This document shows, in pieces, positions 37,099-47,202 of a DNA stretch of 64,000 nt. Below the pieces are notes generated by a model. The model did not search any database. It saw only the letters and a program-made list of their open reading frames with translations, and was not told where the DNA came from. Source of the stretch: Candidatus Versatilivorator sp. Lineage in GTDB: Bacteria > Acidobacteriota > Terriglobia > Versatilivoradales > Versatilivoraceae. Each line of letters opens with the position of its first letter. The stretch's first letter is position 1. The stretch is taken from NCBI GenBank assembly GCA_965207735.1, contig OZ242296.1, positions 2,144,001 through 2,208,000 on the forward strand, read 5' to 3'. Position numbers and translations under genes: made by a program.

Positions 37099-37491
37099 TC
37101 AATAGCCGAACGACCCCTGGATTCCCGACCATGCCACGCCGGTGGCTACCTCATGCAGCGCCGGAAATTTCTCTTTCAGCGCCGCACGGTCGATTTCCCG
37201 GGCTAAAAGGACCCCCTTGTCGTCATGCACCGTATATTTCGGAGAGCGTACTCCGCCATACACGCTGATCCGATGGCGACGTGTCCGCAGAACCAGAATC
37301 AGCCGGCTCTCATCGGCCCCGGGGCCGGGTTGGGCTACAGCCGTCTTGGAAGGACCCTTGGCGTCGGAAGAGACCGGCGGCGCCTCGGTTCCGGTGGATT
37401 CGGCCGGAGGGGCCGGTTCCGAGGTCGACACGGCCACCATCAGGAGCAGCAACCCCAGCAGGGGTAGCATCTTCTTTGCTTTCACCATCAT
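37099..37491 (-). CDS. hypothetical exported protein
   Basis: GGGAG RBS, signal peptide MLPLLGLLLLMVAVS, Pro/Ala linker, small globular C-domain. Confidence 0.65.
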   Translation of the reverse strand: MMVKAKKMLPLLGLLLLMVAVSTSEPAPPAESTGTEAPPVSSDAKGPSKTAVAQPGPGADESRLILVLRTRRHRISVYGGVRSPKYTVHDDKGVLLAREIDRAALKEKFPALHEVATGVAWSGIQGSFGY

Positions 37492-37605
37492 ATTGAACTC
37501 CCCCGTTGACGAAATTCGGCTGGTGTCCTTGGGTCCCATTATAGCGCAGCCGCTTCCGGGCAATGTGATAATGTTCTACCCATTTGGCGGAGACAGGGAC
37601 AGGCT

Positions 37606-38379
37606 ATGCGCGACTATCCGGCGGTTGCCGTGGAAGCGGCCAGGCTGGGCGGAGACATCCTGCGGGAACATTACCGGCGGGTGAAGACGATCGAGTTCAA
37701 GGGCGAAGCCGACCTGGTCACCGAAGTCGACAGGCAATCGGAAAAGGAGATCGTCGATCTGCTTGCCTCACGTTTCCCCCACCACTCCATCCTGGCCGAA
37801 GAGGGCACCGCCACTGAGAAGAGCTCGGAGTTCAAGTGGGTCATCGACCCGCTGGACGGCACCACCAACTACGCCCACGGATACCCGGTCTTCTGCACTT
37901 CGGTAGCCCTGGAGCAGAACGAAGACATCCTGGCGGCCGCCGTCTATCAACCCATGACCGACGAATTGTTCGTGGCCGAACGGGGCGGCGGAGCCTTTCG
38001 AAACGGGAGGAGGATCGAAGTGTCCCAAGTGGCGGAGCTGAAGGGGGCTCTGCTGGCTACCGGGTTTCCACCCCAGGTGCGGCAGAGCCCGGAGCAGGCC
38101 CTGAGACATTTTTCCGCCTTTGTGAGCCGAGCCCAGTCCATCCGGCGGGACGGCTCGGCGGCCCTCAACCTGTGTTGCGTGGCCTCGGGGCTGTTCGACG
38201 GTTTTTGGGAAGTCCATCTGAAGCCCTGGGACACGGCCGCCGGCCTCCTGGTGGTCCGGGAAGCCGGCGGCCTGGTGAGCCGGTTCAGCGGCCGCGACTA
38301 TTCCATCTACCAACCGCAGACGCTGGCGACCAACGGCCTGATTCATGAAGAGATGCAGCAGGTGCTGGGGGAGCTGTGA
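37606..38379 (+). CDS. suhB: inositol monophosphatase family protein
   Basis: DLVTEVD, AEEG, WVIDPLDGTTNYAHG, GSAAL, LKPWDTAAG. Confidence 0.93.
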   Translation: MRDYPAVAVEAARLGGDILREHYRRVKTIEFKGEADLVTEVDRQSEKEIVDLLASRFPHHSILAEEGTATEKSSEFKWVIDPLDGTTNYAHGYPVFCTSVALEQNEDILAAAVYQPMTDELFVAERGGGAFRNGRRIEVSQVAELKGALLATGFPPQVRQSPEQALRHFSAFVSRAQSIRRDGSAALNLCCVASGLFDGFWEVHLKPWDTAAGLLVVREAGGLVSRFSGRDYSIYQPQTLATNGLIHEEMQQVLGEL

Positions 38380-39437
38380 TCATATGGATCCGCCGGCTTG
38401 GCCTCGCCGCCGCCATCACCCTGCTGGCCGCATCGACATCCCGGGCCCACACCACCGGAGTCAGCTACTCCGACATCCGGGTCGAGGGACGGACGGCTGA
38501 ACTGCGGCTGCGGATCAATCTGCGGGACCTGGACTTCGTGGACCAACTGGACCTCGACCGGGACCGCCTCATCTCCCAGGAAGAGGTCAGCCGGGCGCTT
38601 CCCCGCCATCTTCCACGCCTGATGGACAACTATCGGATCGGGTCCGCCGAAGACGAGGGCCGCGCCGAGCTGGTCTACTGGCGCCAGGGTCCCGGTCCGG
38701 GCGAACTGGAATGCCGGGTCCAATACCACTTCGGGGACGAGGTCCAGCGCTTGCAGTTTACGGTGACCCTGCCGAGCCTCACCGACTCGGGCCACTGGAA
38801 CCTGGCCAGGGTGCGCCATCCCGGAGGTCTGGCCGACCTCAACTTCAACCTGGAGAACCCGACCGCCAGCCTGGAAGTAGGCCGGGGATGGAGGCTGCGG
38901 GCCGGCAGGATAGCGGGGGGGCTGGCCCTGGGCGCCAGACAGGCGGCCACCTCTCTCATTCTCATCGGGTTCCTCCTGGGGTTGCTGTTGACGGTCCCCG
39001 GCCCGGACGGCGCCGCCCGGGTGGCGGGAGCCTTCCTGGCCGTTCAGGGACTGATGGTCCTGCTGGCTGTCCTGGTACCGATCCAGCTCCCCGCATCCTT
39101 TCTGGCATCGGCCACCGCTCTCAGCCTGGCCTACATCGCGGCCGAAAACCTGCTGGTGAAGGAGACCGCCAACCGCTGGGCCATCGGCGGCTGCTTCGGA
39201 CTGCTGTTCGGGGTCGACCTGGCCTCGGGGCTGCTTGCCCGTGGAGCCCAGGTTTCGGCCTGGGGGATCATGGGCTGGATCCTGGGGCTTACTTGCGCCC
39301 TGGCCCTGGCGGCGGCGCTGATTTTCCTGCTCAACCGAGCCTGCCGGACGCGGTCCTGGCACCCGTGGTATGTGCGGCTGGCCTCGGGGCTGCTGCTGGG
39401 AGCCGGTCTGATCGGCTTCTTCTACAGGGTTCTCTAA
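38376..39437 (+). CDS. HupE/UreJ-like membrane protein with periplasmic N-domain (divergent)
   Basis: Signal peptide ending SRA-H; ALSLAYIAAENL...RW...FGLL motif; multiple TM helices; GTGA overlap with suhB. Confidence 0.65.
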   Translation: MIIWIRRLGLAAAITLLAASTSRAHTTGVSYSDIRVEGRTAELRLRINLRDLDFVDQLDLDRDRLISQEEVSRALPRHLPRLMDNYRIGSAEDEGRAELVYWRQGPGPGELECRVQYHFGDEVQRLQFTVTLPSLTDSGHWNLARVRHPGGLADLNFNLENPTASLEVGRGWRLRAGRIAGGLALGARQAATSLILIGFLLGLLLTVPGPDGAARVAGAFLAVQGLMVLLAVLVPIQLPASFLASATALSLAYIAAENLLVKETANRWAIGGCFGLLFGVDLASGLLARGAQVSAWGIMGWILGLTCALALAAALIFLLNRACRTRSWHPWYVRLASGLLLGAGLIGFFYRVL

Positions 39438-39537
39438 AGCCCGCGGGGGAGCGCAAGGCCTGACCGCGGGCTTCAACGGCAATGGCATCCCGGAAGCGCA
39501 CCCATCTCCCGGAACACTGAACTGGAGGTTGTTTCCC

Positions 39538-40587
39538 ATGAACACTCTTCGCTTGGCCTCGCGGCCGCCCATCGCCGCTTTCTGTTCCAGGCACCCTCGC
39601 CCGAGAGCCTGGAGACTCCTGATCCCCCTTGCCTTCGGACTGCAACTGGCCTGCTCGGGACGCGGGGGGCCGGAGGAGAATACCACCGACTCCTCCCAGC
39701 CTGGACAGGGCGGAGTGGTCCTGAAACAGGGCGACCGGCAGGTCGACATCCTGGTCGACGGCAAACCCTTCACCTCCTACCATTTCCAGGGCTACAACAA
39801 GCCCATCTTCTTCCCGCTGCGCTCGGCCACGGGGACAGTGGTCACGCGGGGCTTTCCCATGATCGAGGATATTCCAGGAGAGAGCCGCGACCACCGCCAC
39901 CACACCGGCGCCTGGTTCACCCACGGAGACGTCAACGGCGTGGATTTCTGGAGTGAGACGCCGGAATGCGGAACCATCCGCCACCAGGAATTCGAGCGGG
40001 TCGAGAGCGGGGCCGAGGTGGGCGTGCTCAGGTCCCGCAATCACTGGCTGACCCGCGAGGGAGAACTGGTGCTCACCGAGACCCGGGAGGTCCGAATTTA
40101 CAACCGGCCCGAATCCCGGGTCATGGACCTGGACGTGCAGCTCACGGCTGCCGGCGGACCGGTGAAGTTCGGCGACACCAAGGAGGGATCCTTCGGCATG
40201 CGGCTGGCCGAGCCCTTCACCGAGAAGGCAGGGCTGCTGATCCGGAATTCAGAGGGCGCCCGGGGCGAGGCCGGATGCTGGGGCAAGCCGGCCCGCTGGG
40301 TGGACTACACCACCCGGGTGGGTTCGGAGACCCTGGGAGTGGCCATTCTCGACCATCCCGGCAGCTTTCGCCATCCCACCCACTGGCATGCCCGGGGCTA
40401 TTCCCTGTTTGCCGCCAACCCCTTCGGGCTACACGATTTCTACGACGACGAGACCAGGGACGGCAGCCACCTGCTGCCCGAGGGAGAGACCCTGCGCTTC
40501 CACTACCGGGTCTACATCCACTCCGGCGACGCCGACCAGGCGGGAGTCGAGCAGGAGTTCCAGGCTTTTGCCGGGGAGGAGAATTAG
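39538..40587 (+). CDS. DUF6807/'PmoA-like' beta-sandwich lipoprotein
   Basis: Lipobox LQLAC; KPIFFPL, DHRHH.G.WF.HGDVNG.DFW, FGDTKEG, WHARGY.LFAANPFG. Confidence 0.75.
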   Translation: MNTLRLASRPPIAAFCSRHPRPRAWRLLIPLAFGLQLACSGRGGPEENTTDSSQPGQGGVVLKQGDRQVDILVDGKPFTSYHFQGYNKPIFFPLRSATGTVVTRGFPMIEDIPGESRDHRHHTGAWFTHGDVNGVDFWSETPECGTIRHQEFERVESGAEVGVLRSRNHWLTREGELVLTETREVRIYNRPESRVMDLDVQLTAAGGPVKFGDTKEGSFGMRLAEPFTEKAGLLIRNSEGARGEAGCWGKPARWVDYTTRVGSETLGVAILDHPGSFRHPTHWHARGYSLFAANPFGLHDFYDDETRDGSHLLPEGETLRFHYRVYIHSGDADQAGVEQEFQAFAGEEN

Positions 40588-40593
40588 TCCCCA

Positions 40594-41391
40594 TCACCCT
40601 TCCAGCGCCAAACCGACCAGGCTCAGAAGGCACAGGGTGGTGTTGTAGGCCAGGTGCAGCAGGAAGGCCGGAAGGAGGGCGCCGGTCAGAGCTCGCGCCA
40701 GCGACAACGCCAGTCCGACCAGCAGGATCAGGCTGACGGCCATCCAGCTTCCCCAGAGCTGTGTGACGTGCAGGGAGGTGAACATCAGCGCCGTCAGCAG
40801 CACCGCGGCCACCGGCCCCCACCGCCGTTCCAGCACCGGAAAGATGAATCCGCGGAAGACTACCTCTTCCACCAGGGGCGCCACCGCAATGGCCGTCACG
40901 CCCAGGAACACGGCGGTTTGGGCGTGGCGCAGCAGCCCGGAGACGGGAAGATCCTCGATGCCGGGGATACGGCTGGAGAGAGCACCCATGACCAACGCCA
41001 GCAAGGCTCCCAACACCAGGAAGAGGCCGGGCGGGATCGATGTCGGACCCTTCCATTTGAGTGAGGACCAGAACGGGGACCGGTACTTCACGGTGACGGT
41101 GCGATAGATGAAAAACAGCACCAGCCCGTTCAGCAGGTTGGTCATCAGGATCTGAGCCATGCCCAGATAGACCGGGTCGGCGGTCAAGGCCGGCAGCCCC
41201 AGGTAGCGGGTGAGCAGGGACCCGGCGGCCTGGGCGGCCAGCATCAACACAATCAGGCCCAGGCAGAAGAAACCGGCCAACTCCAGCAGGTCGCGTCCGT
41301 TCCACACCGGGAAGGACACCGGCAAAGGGGTTCGAGACCCGGCAGATGGGCTCGGGGTCGTGAAGGGATCCTTGGACATGGTGTCGTCCAT
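40594..41391 (-). CDS. CPBP/Abi (CAAX) intramembrane metalloprotease
   Basis: APLVEEVVFRG, FTSLH, LHLAYN. Confidence 0.9.
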   Translation of the reverse strand: MDDTMSKDPFTTPSPSAGSRTPLPVSFPVWNGRDLLELAGFFCLGLIVLMLAAQAAGSLLTRYLGLPALTADPVYLGMAQILMTNLLNGLVLFFIYRTVTVKYRSPFWSSLKWKGPTSIPPGLFLVLGALLALVMGALSSRIPGIEDLPVSGLLRHAQTAVFLGVTAIAVAPLVEEVVFRGFIFPVLERRWGPVAAVLLTALMFTSLHVTQLWGSWMAVSLILLVGLALSLARALTGALLPAFLLHLAYNTTLCLLSLVGLALEG

Positions 41392-41455
41392 TAGGCAGGA
41401 ATCGGGAAGGTCGGGCCACCCGACAATGCTCGTCCGGAACGTGGACGGAGAGGAT

Positions 41456-42418
41456 CTATCCCTGGTCGCGCTCCACCAGCGCCGCGGCCAGCAGCGGGAT
41501 CATCAACTCGTGGTGGCCGGTGAGGGCGATTCCCTTCCCTGACCCCTGGGTGGGCCGCTGCACCACGTTCCGGGTCGGCCGGTAATGCTGCAGAAAGTCC
41601 AGGTTGACGGTGGTGAAGGCTTCCAGGGGATGCCCCAGGTTGCGCACCAGGTTGACTGCCTTGAGAAAGACCTCAGGCAGGATGACGGCGGAGCCGCAAT
41701 TGAGGTAGACCCCGCCGTCGTGCAAGTCGCGCGTGATGGAAGCCAACAGGCGAAAATCCCGCAAGGTTCCCTGGCCCAGAGCCTCCCCGTCCGCCGAGGG
41801 GTGGTAATGGGTGGTGTCGGTCCCCAGGGCCACATGCACGGTCACCGGAACCTTGCGCTGCAGGGCGCAGGCCAGCAGGCTGTGTCCGGCGTGGGGAAAG
41901 TCTGCCGGGCGGTCCTGAATCCACTCCCCCAGGGCTTGTCCCATGCCCTTGCCCTCGCCGGCTCCGCGGGCCACGGCCGCGTTCATCTCCCGGCCGGTCT
42001 CCTCGCTCACCCCGAATTCCCCTTCGGCCAGGTCCTTCTCCACCTCTTCGGAAGTGGCCCCCGCCAGGGCGATCTCGAAATCGTGGATGGCGGTGGCGCC
42101 GTTCATGGCCAGAGCCGAGACGAAACCCCGCTGCATCAGATCGACGATGACGGCATTGAGGCCGCACTTCACCACGTGCCCCCCCAATCCCCAGACCATG
42201 GCGCGTCCCTCTCGCCTGGCCCCCTCCAGGGCCTTTACCGCTTCCATAAAATCGGTTCCCGCCAGGATCCCGGGCAGCGACCGCATCCAGCCCTCAAGAC
42301 CCTCGCCCTTGCGGTAGGGGCGCGCGAAAGCCGCAAGATCCACCTTGCTGGGCCGCCCCTTGATGGAGCGGGTGCGCAGGGAGTCGGTCTCCAGGGGACG
42401 GTAAGGATAGAGTGACAT
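41456..42418 (-). CDS. conserved protein, deoxyhypusine-synthase-like fold
   Basis: GGHVVKCGL, AMNGATAIHDFE, VHVALGTD, GSAVILPEVFLKA, GHHELMIPL. Confidence 0.65.
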   Translation of the reverse strand: MSLYPYRPLETDSLRTRSIKGRPSKVDLAAFARPYRKGEGLEGWMRSLPGILAGTDFMEAVKALEGARREGRAMVWGLGGHVVKCGLNAVIVDLMQRGFVSALAMNGATAIHDFEIALAGATSEEVEKDLAEGEFGVSEETGREMNAAVARGAGEGKGMGQALGEWIQDRPADFPHAGHSLLACALQRKVPVTVHVALGTDTTHYHPSADGEALGQGTLRDFRLLASITRDLHDGGVYLNCGSAVILPEVFLKAVNLVRNLGHPLEAFTTVNLDFLQHYRPTRNVVQRPTQGSGKGIALTGHHELMIPLLAAALVERDQG

Positions 42419-42425
42419 GGCAGGC

Positions 42426-42454
42426 ATTATCCGAAGGGCCCGTCCCGATTGCAA
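42426..42454 (-). promoter_or_regulatory. sigma70-type promoter, probably leaderless
   Basis: Minus strand TTGCAA-17-GATAAT, then 7 nt to ATG 42418. Confidence 0.55.
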
Positions 42455-42498
42455 CTCATTCTTTTGGGTTGCGCCGCGGGGGTGGGTGTTGGGCCGAT

Positions 42499-43072
42499 TG
42501 CTGTCGCCGCCTTCGCGGCTCGACGCTTACCCTAACCGTATCCATGGGCTGACGCCCACGGCTACCTGCTGCCGCCGCTTCGCGGCTCCACTCGAGCCCC
42601 GGGCTGACGCCGGGGGAACAAAATGTTCTTTTCCGAGGCCGGCGTTGGTCCCCGTCCGGCTCGACGGCGGGCTGCGCCTTTATGGTAGTCACGCACGGGG
42701 CGCCGAGTTTGCCCCCCTCCGGATCGACTGCGGGCTGGCGCCCTTGTCTCTCCGACTCCCCCTCAAGGGGGGAGTGATACTTGAGGCTTGCAAGAGGCGC
42801 CGTGCCCAATTCCTGGGTGCGATGTAAACCATGTTCCCGGTCTAATGTATAAACTCCGTTCCCTCTTCATAACACGGATATCACTCCCCCCTTGAGGGGG
42901 AGTCGCAGAAGTCGAGCCGAATGGCGAAGGCTGATGCGGTGGGGGGTTCGCACAAGGCGAGCCACAGGCGAGATCTTGTGCGCCGTAGCGGTAACCGCCG
43001 GCGTGCGTCGGTTGCGGTGGGGGAGTCGCAGAAGCCGAGCCGAATGGCGAAGGCCGATGCGGTGGGGGGTGG
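42499..43072. repeat. intergenic mosaic of family B (42499-42615) and family A (42710-43072) REP-like elements
   Basis: Same palindromic motifs as at 33154-34385. Confidence 0.88.
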
Positions 43073-43145
43073 ACGCCGCCAGTCAGACCGCGGTGCGGGG
43101 CCCCACCGCCCCTCCAAACCCCTGTCAGCCGGCCCGGGCGCCCTT

Positions 43146-43175
43146 TTGACTTTTCTCCGGGGAGTAGGCTAATAT
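43146..43175 (+). promoter_or_regulatory. sigma70-type promoter for accD-folC
   Basis: TTGACT-18-TAATAT upstream of the GGGAG RBS. Confidence 0.55.
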
Positions 43176-43203
43176 CCTCGCCTTCAATCGGGAGACCGCC
43201 CTC

Positions 43204-44046
43204 ATGGCCTGGTTCAAGAAGGAAAAGGCGCCCATCGTACCCATCCGCGACCGGACGGTGCGCACCGAGGGACTGTGGCAGAAGTGCGAAGGGTGCAATC
43301 AGACCCTTTGGAAGAAGGACCTGGAGCCCACCTTCCACGTCTGTCCCCAGTGCAATTTCCACTTCCGGGTCAGCGCCCGCGAACGCCTGGAGCGCCTCTT
43401 CGATCAGGGTCGGTTCAAGGAGTACGACCGCGATCTCCAGTCGAACGATCCGCTGCAGTTCGTGGACAAGAAATCCTACCGCCAGCGCCTGCGCGATATG
43501 GAGGCGGCCTCCGGCATGAAGGACGCCCTGCTGGCGGCGGAAGGAAGGGTCGGCGGCAAGACCGTCTGCGCCTGCGCCATGGAACCCTCCTTCATCAGTG
43601 GATCCATGGGGGTGGTGGTGGGAGAAAAGATCACCCGGGCCATCGAGCGCTGCCTGGAAAAACAGCATCCGCTGATCATCATCTCCTGCTCAGGAGGAGC
43701 CCGCATGCAGGAGGGTGTCCTGAGCCTCATGCAAATGGCCAAGATCACGGCCGCCCTGGCCCGCATGGACCAGCAGCGCCTGCCCTACATCTCGGTGATG
43801 ACCCATCCCACCACGGGAGGCGTCACCGCCAGCTACGCCATGCTGGGAGACCTGAACATCGCGGAACCGGGTGCGCTCATTGGATTTGCAGGCCCCAGGG
43901 TGATCGAGCAGACCATCCGCCAGAAGCTGCCGCCCGGTTTTCAACGGAGTGAGTTTCTGCTGCAGCACGGCATGCTGGACGCCATCGTCCCGCGCACGGA
44001 CCTGAAGGACTACTGCATCCAGGCGCTGGAGTTCTTCGGCGCCTAG
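43204..44046 (+). CDS. accD: acetyl-CoA carboxylase carboxyltransferase beta subunit
   Basis: EGLWQKC..C zinc finger, GSMG.VVGEKI, SGGARMQEG, PTTGGVTAS, IGFAGPRVIEQT. Confidence 0.97.
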   Translation: MAWFKKEKAPIVPIRDRTVRTEGLWQKCEGCNQTLWKKDLEPTFHVCPQCNFHFRVSARERLERLFDQGRFKEYDRDLQSNDPLQFVDKKSYRQRLRDMEAASGMKDALLAAEGRVGGKTVCACAMEPSFISGSMGVVVGEKITRAIERCLEKQHPLIIISCSGGARMQEGVLSLMQMAKITAALARMDQQRLPYISVMTHPTTGGVTASYAMLGDLNIAEPGALIGFAGPRVIEQTIRQKLPPGFQRSEFLLQHGMLDAIVPRTDLKDYCIQALEFFGA

Positions 44047-44289
44047 CCCGCATTTCTCGCCAGGTCGCTGGTGCCATGACGAAAAGCAGTTTGTCTTCAG
44101 TACTTTGATTGGCTCCCTGGGAAGGGCTTGTGGGTAACAGACGGCGCTGGGCATGCCTTGGCTTGTCTTTTTCCCTTCAGCCCGCACATGCTCCCTCGCG
44201 CGTAGTGACCGCTACGCTCTTCGGTCGCGAGCACGCGCTGAAGGGAAATATCCTGCGCCATGTTCATGCCCCCTGGTGAGAAATGCGGG
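44047..44289. mobile_element. 243-bp non-autonomous MITE with IS1380-type ends
   Basis: TIRs CCCGCATTTCTCGCCAGG / CCTGGTGAGAAATGCGGG; CTAG duplicated at 44043-46 and 44290-93. Confidence 0.9.
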
Positions 44290-44295
44290 CTAGCT

Positions 44296-45777
44296 ATGGA
44301 TTACCACCAAGCGGTATCCTATCTCTATTCCCTCGGCAACGAAGTGGCCACCGCCAAGCTGGGGCTGGACAACATCCGGCGCCTGATGAGCTTCCTGGGC
44401 GATCCCCAGGACCGCTTTCCCTCGGTGCTCATTGCCGGCACCAACGGGAAAGGATCGGTGGCCGCCTTCTGTGAGTCGGTTCTGCGCACCCAGGGATACA
44501 GGACCGGCCTCTACACCTCCCCTCACCTGATCCGCATCCAGGAGCGCATCCGCATCGGCGGGCGAGAGATCCTCCCGCAGGAGCTGGCCCGCCTGACGGC
44601 CACCGTCAAGGAGGCGGTGGGCCAACTGCTGGCCGGGACCTCCCGCAACGGCCGCCGCCTGAAGCTGGACCGTCACCCCACCTACTTCGAGATGGTGACG
44701 GCCATGGCCTTTCTCCATTTCGCCGAAAAGCAGGTGGACCTGGCCATCCTGGAGGTCGGCCTGGGGGGACGTCTGGACGCCACCAACCTGGTCGATCCCA
44801 TCGTCTCGGTGATCACGCCCGTCAGCTACGACCATCAGGCCAGCCTGGGAACCAACCTGCAAGCCATCGCCGGCGAGAAGGCCGGGATCGTCAAGCCCCG
44901 CAGGCACTCCCGTCCGGAGAAGCAGCAACCGCTCGCCGTGGTGTGCAGCAACCAGGAGGAAGCGGTCCTGGAGGTGATACGAAAGCAGTGCCGTGCCGCC
45001 GGGGCTCGCTGGCTCCCAGCCTTTCAGCAGCTGGAATGCCGGGAGGTCGCCCACCGGCTGGAAGAATCGGTTCTGGAACTTCAGCCGGTGCTGGGAACCC
45101 CGTTGAAGCTGAGGGTCCCTCTTCCCGGAAGGCACCAGGTCGGAAACGTTGTAGCTGCGGTCCGGACCCTGGAGGTGCTGCACGACTCCGGCTTTCCGCT
45201 GAAGCCGGAGGCCATCGAGCAGGGAATCGCCCGAACCCGCTGGCCGGGCCGGCTGGAAGTGCTTCCCGGGCAGCCCCGGGTCGTGGTGGACGGCGCCCAC
45301 AACCCGGCGGCAGCCGAGTCGGTGGCCCGGCACATCCGGACCTTCCTGCCCCCGCGGCAGGTCCTCCTCCTCTACGGCTCGCTGAGGGACAAGGACATCC
45401 CCGGTGTGTTCTCCCGCCTGAGCCCCCTGGCCCGAGAGGTGATCCTGACCCGTCCCGAATCCGAGCGCGCAGCGGAGCCCCGGGACATCGTGCGCAACGG
45501 TTGGACCGGAGGCCGCGCGGTCCGCTGCAGAGCCCGGCTGGAGGATGCCTGGGATTTGGCCCGCACTCTGGCCCGACCGGAAGACACGCTGCTGGTGGCG
45601 GGTTCGATCTATCTTGTGGGAGACTTCAAACGCCGCCTGGCCGAATGCGACCGGCCGCGGACCGCGCCGGAAGCCGCCGGCGCCGGCACATCCGTTGGCT
45701 CCCCGGGGCGAAGGGGCCAACCAGCGGCCTTCGCCGCCGGCAGCGCCGGCGCCCATCCCCCAGCGACAACATCCTGA
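44296..45777 (+). CDS. folC: folylpolyglutamate/dihydrofolate synthase
   Basis: IAGTNGKGS, YTSPHL, LEVGLGGRLDATN, WPGRLE, DGAHNP; follows accD. Confidence 0.95.
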   Translation: MDYHQAVSYLYSLGNEVATAKLGLDNIRRLMSFLGDPQDRFPSVLIAGTNGKGSVAAFCESVLRTQGYRTGLYTSPHLIRIQERIRIGGREILPQELARLTATVKEAVGQLLAGTSRNGRRLKLDRHPTYFEMVTAMAFLHFAEKQVDLAILEVGLGGRLDATNLVDPIVSVITPVSYDHQASLGTNLQAIAGEKAGIVKPRRHSRPEKQQPLAVVCSNQEEAVLEVIRKQCRAAGARWLPAFQQLECREVAHRLEESVLELQPVLGTPLKLRVPLPGRHQVGNVVAAVRTLEVLHDSGFPLKPEAIEQGIARTRWPGRLEVLPGQPRVVVDGAHNPAAAESVARHIRTFLPPRQVLLLYGSLRDKDIPGVFSRLSPLAREVILTRPESERAAEPRDIVRNGWTGGRAVRCRARLEDAWDLARTLARPEDTLLVAGSIYLVGDFKRRLAECDRPRTAPEAAGAGTSVGSPGRRGQPAAFAAGSAGAHPPATTS

Positions 45778-45806
45778 TCACCCACTGACCCATCGAGGCG
45801 AACTCC

Positions 45807-47084
45807 TTGGCCCTATTCCGACCCGCTACCGATCCCACGCCCAATCCCGGCGAGCTCGCTCCCGAGACGGCCTTCGCCGAAGCCGCCCATCCCGAGGAGT
45901 CTCTCCGGCGCCGGGATCGAACCACCATTGCCTCCCTCTCGGGGGCCCATTTCGTCAACGATACCTACGCCAACTTTCTGGGCCCACTGCTGCCTCTGAT
46001 CGTGGGCAAGCTGAGCCTGACCATCGCCCAGGCGGGCTGGCTGGGAGCTGTGCTGACGGTCTCCTCCTGCTTCATGCAGCCCGTCTACGGCTACCTTTCG
46101 GACCGCTACCTGGTGCGCTTCTTTGTCGTCTTCAGCCCGCTGATCACCACCGTCTTCATGTCCTGCATCGGGATAGCCCCCAATTTCACGGTGCTGGCCC
46201 TGCTGCTGGCCGCCGCCGGCGTCGGGATAGCCTCCTTCCATCCCCAGGGGGCCGCCATGATCGGCGCGGCCAGCCGGGACCGGAGCGGCCTGGGGATGTC
46301 CATCTTCATCGGCGCCGGAACCCTGGGCTTTGCTCTCGCCCCGATCATCGCCCCCTATGCAGTGGAACTGTTCAGCCTGGAACGGTCCTATTTCATCGTG
46401 ATTCCCGGGGTGCTGGCTTCTGCCGTCCTCTACTTTCTTATCCCGAACGACCCTCCCCAAACCGTCGCCCCTCGCTCCCGGACGGACCTGAAGGACTTAC
46501 TGCTCCCGATGTGGCGTCCGCTGCTGATCCTCTACCTGCTGGTGGTAATCCGTTCCATGGTCCAGATCGGGTTTGTCCATTTCCTGCCACTCTACTTCTT
46601 CCAACAGGGAAACGACCTGATCGCCAGCGGCCGCCTGGCCTCCCTGTTCACGCTCTTCGGCGCCATGGGCGGGTTTACGGGAGGCTTGCTCTCCGACAAG
46701 GTCGGCGGCCGCAGGGTGATCGTCTATTCCAATCTGCTGGCCCCGCCGTTCCTGGCCGGCTTCTTTCTGACCGAGGGGGTTCTCTCGGCCGCCTGCCTGG
46801 CCTCGGGAGCGGCCCTGCTGCTCTCCACCCTGCCGGTCAACGTGGTGATGGCCCAGAAGATGCTGCCGCAACGGACCAGCATCGCCTCCTCCTTGATGAT
46901 GGGGTTCGCCTGGGGAATGGCCGGATTGGCCATCCCGGTGGTGGGCGCGCTGGCCGACCGCATCGGCCTGGGCTCGGCCCTGCTGCTGGTGGTCGGCCTG
47001 GGGGCGTTCGGCTTCCTGCTCTCCCTGTTCCTCCCCAAGGACGCCTGTGAAGAAGGGGATATCGGACAGATCACGTGTCACTGA
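45807..47084 (+). CDS. MFS transporter (Fsr-like)
   Basis: HFVNDTY, QPVYGYLSDR, SFHPQG, GLLSDKVGGR; many TM helices. Confidence 0.9.
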   Translation: MALFRPATDPTPNPGELAPETAFAEAAHPEESLRRRDRTTIASLSGAHFVNDTYANFLGPLLPLIVGKLSLTIAQAGWLGAVLTVSSCFMQPVYGYLSDRYLVRFFVVFSPLITTVFMSCIGIAPNFTVLALLLAAAGVGIASFHPQGAAMIGAASRDRSGLGMSIFIGAGTLGFALAPIIAPYAVELFSLERSYFIVIPGVLASAVLYFLIPNDPPQTVAPRSRTDLKDLLLPMWRPLLILYLLVVIRSMVQIGFVHFLPLYFFQQGNDLIASGRLASLFTLFGAMGGFTGGLLSDKVGGRRVIVYSNLLAPPFLAGFFLTEGVLSAACLASGAALLLSTLPVNVVMAQKMLPQRTSIASSLMMGFAWGMAGLAIPVVGALADRIGLGSALLLVVGLGAFGFLLSLFLPKDACEEGDIGQITCH

Positions 47085-47202
47085 AACCGGTTGACTTCAA
47101 GTACGACCGGCAAACCGTTGAAGGCCTGGTCGATTTTCAAAGAAACCGGGATCTGCTAAACTGAGTCTCCGGCGGCGCCTATGCGTCGTCCCGCCAACCC
47201 AC

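Noticed and set aside
39538-40587. Methane monooxygenase function for the 'PmoA-like' protein
   Set aside because: It is a soluble lipoprotein without the TM helices of true PmoA, and there are no pmoB/pmoC genes; the family name is not evidence of that activity.
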